NCBI RefSeq assembly: GCF_963853765.1 | Contig: NC_088856.1 | Location: 6,696,001 to 6,760,000, forward strand | Source of the DNA: Magallana gigas | Taxonomy: Eukaryota | DNA: 64,000 bases | Reading direction: 5' to 3' | Part shown: positions 61,628-64,000 of the stretch, one piece after another | Position numbering within the stretch: the stretch's first letter is position 1 | How the letters are laid out: each line of letters begins with the position of its first letter | Position numbers and translations under genes: made by a program | Notes under the pieces: model-generated | Seen by the model: the letters and a program-made list of their open reading frames with translations, nothing else | Told to the model about the DNA's origin: nothing | Database searches by the model: none

Positions 61628-62191
61628 AAGTTTTGTTTTCTGCACTTTCACAATCTTTCAGAGTATTTTTTCTAACCATCTACAATAATATATTGAAAGT
61701 TTTCTTAATAACTTGCCTAGATATTATTTATAATTACAAAGTCTATTAAAGCAATTTACTTAATTTGTTTAACCTTATTTACAGTCCTTGAATCATTAAT
61801 TTTCTCACATTTTGCTCCCCATGTATCCATGCAGTGTACTCCAACACACATTCTCCATATTGCCCTACCATTCACTATTGTCCATATTGCCCTACCATTC
61901 ACTATTCTCCATATTGCCCTACCATTCACTAACTGCTTTGTGTCATCAAGAAGTGGTCAACCTCGTTCAGTGTACCTTTATTCACTCTCTGAGTATTCAT
62001 TCCATTTTCAGTCCTTTTTAATTGTTTTTGCTCATTTTTTCCCCCAATTTTTTTCTTTGGTAATACATGTGCTAAATTCTTATCTGAAGAAAAATGATAC
62101 CTTTTAGCTACCTTTTAGAATTTTCTAATTTTACAAATATGTATTGACCAAAAAATATGTTTTAAAAAGTTTGGAAAAGTAAAAATTATAA

Positions 62192-63778
62192 TAGTCCAGT
62201 CATTCTAGCCAAAATATGACCAAACCTCAAACTAATTGCAACAGAATGTTCTTCTAGTTTTCCAAGCTGGTTTTGGTGAACTGTTGAATATAAAAAAAAT
62301 CGAGAATGTTTGGATGAAGGGAAATTGTTAATTTTGGGTGAAAATCTTGGATTTTGATGAAAAATCGCCGAAAACTGGAAATTTGCCGTGACTAAAAAAC
62401 AAAAATAGCAACGGACTAAATTTTTAAGAAAGTCAATAGATCGTATTACAGTTATGATTTATTTCAACGTTGATGAACTGCAAAGTTCAGGAAATTGAAA
62501 ATTTTGGGTGAAAACTTTGGATTTTGATGAAAAATCGCCGAAAACTGGAAATTTGTTGTAACTAAAAAAAGAAAATAGCAACGTACATAATTTTTAATCA
62601 AGCCAATAGATCTTATAACAATGATGAAAAACATTAAACTATGATGCTTTTTGAAGTATAGAAAGTGATAATTTTGGGTGAAAATGTTAGTATTTTTGAT
62701 AAAAACTGGGAATTTATGTTTTCTTAATAAAGATTAAATTATATCATGAGTCTTCAAATTAATTTTATATATATGTTAAGTGTTTAGATGGATCAAATAA
62801 GCACCAATTCGTAAATTCAATAGATCTTATAACAACAATAAAAAACGATTGACCGGAATGATACTTTTTTAAAAACCAAAATATTTACTTTATATGATAA
62901 CAAAACCATGGAATTGTTTTACCGAAACCCCTTAATTATGCTTATTATGTTTTTGCGTATTCTACATAAATCTTTAGAAGTTGATTGTCACTTAATCGTC
63001 CATGTCAACTGTTTTGCTCGAATTTGTACAACCAGTTCCTTTACATTCGCCACAAGCTACTGAACATTCAAGTCCGTTTTTTCTACAAGTACATCTTTTA
63101 GTGTCACAGTTTGTCTTACAATTGCATCGAATAATGTTCAGCAATTTAGAGGGAGCTGCGTCCATTGTACACTTAACTGAAACAAGGTTTCCTTTAGCGA
63201 CTTTCCAACCCCATTCACACGGAGTTAGATTGTCGTTGTTCATCCACATTTTCATTAGAAGATAAGCCCTCTGGCTATGAAATGAAGCTGCATTTAATGT
63301 TGGCGGCAAAGTATGAATTTGAACGCATGTTTTGTTTGTCAATACTCTTGCAGCAAACTTCCTGTAGCGAAGAACATTCAGTCCTTCATATTGAGCACCA
63401 TTATATTTAAAGAGGAAATAATGTTTTCACCAGCAGAAATAACATCATCCTTTGCGTTAGCATTGCACAGTAACTGTGCCTGAGTCTTGAGAAAGTCATA
63501 TTCTCCAAATTTCTTTAGGGTCGCTGCCTTACTGACACCGAACATTCTTGAAGTTGTGTCACAACCACTGATAGAATGAACAGATGAATTAAAGGTAACA
63601 ATGTACATAGCTCCTCACCAAGCAGCAATTTGGTCTTCAAAATATCCCATATTTTAATATGTGTGTTTACTTTTGACACATTGCCGGATTTGAATATCAG
63701 CGAATTTGATGTAACGTCCGCATGATGAAGGAGTAGTACCAAAAGATCAGTGTCCTCTCCAAGCAAAACAGTTGGTTT
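62192..63778 (-). mobile_element. Academ (XPG-type)-like DNA transposon remnant, C-terminal half and right end
   Basis: GEDTDLLVLL, HSISGCDTTS (H3TH-like), LPPT..FHSQRAY..W..P.EWGW, Cys-rich CNCKTNCDTKRCTCRKNGLECSVACGEC. Two frameshifts (~63580, ~63408). Terminus begins TAG at 62192; ~170-bp subterminal repeats 62330-62720. Confidence 0.72.
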
Positions 63779-63805
63779 CAAATTTCACCGAAAGAAAGTC
63801 CGCTT

Positions 63806-64000
63806 GAAAGTCTTGATGGCGGCTCTCTTCTCCATCGTATACACTGGCAAAGCGGACTTTCTTTCGGTGAAATTTGTCAAAGTTACATTGACAGCGTAGA
63901 ACGGAAATACAGTAAAGCTATAGTTGTATTTGATGGATATGCTTCGGGTCCAGATACTAAAGATGCCACTCACCAGCGGCGCACCAAAGGAATCATAGGC
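63806..64000 (+). pseudogene. XPG/PIN-like N-terminal segment of the same transposase type, in opposite orientation
   Basis: + strand reads LDGGSLLHRIHWQSGLSFGEICQSYIDSVERKYSKAIVVFDGYASGPDTKDATHQRRTKG. Confidence 0.72.

Overview
AT-rich, repeat-dense animal genomic DNA, most likely a bivalve mollusc such as an oyster (inferred from repeat style and gene structure, not checked). There is no sign of prokaryotic DNA or CRISPR. Genes reconstructed by reading splice sites: (1) a 5-exon FAM111-like trypsin-fold serine protease (- strand, 7913-13124) whose first exon resembles the N-terminus of a LINE ORF1 protein and is interrupted by a MITE; (2) IMMP2L (+, 6 coding exons, 25456-29926); (3) a single-coding-exon LRRN-type LRR-Ig-FN3 receptor (-, 33568-35721) convergent with IMMP2L; (4) TUSC2 (-, 3 exons, 49321-50121); (5) a Dpy-30/RIIa-motif gene head-to-head with TUSC2 (+, 50495-54710); (6) an acidic ORF starting MGCGTSS (+, 60521-61627) directly after a 31-bp minisatellite. 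Mobile DNA: a full-length Ty3/Gypsy with LTRs that appear identical (16662-25046), a TRIM with tRNA-like LTRs, a Penelope-like RT remnant, an internally inverted Academ-like remnant, many MITEs and several ~160-bp fold-back elements. The strongest novelty candidate is the apparent LINE-ORF1/FAM111-protease chimera. All family assignments come from motif recognition without database searches.
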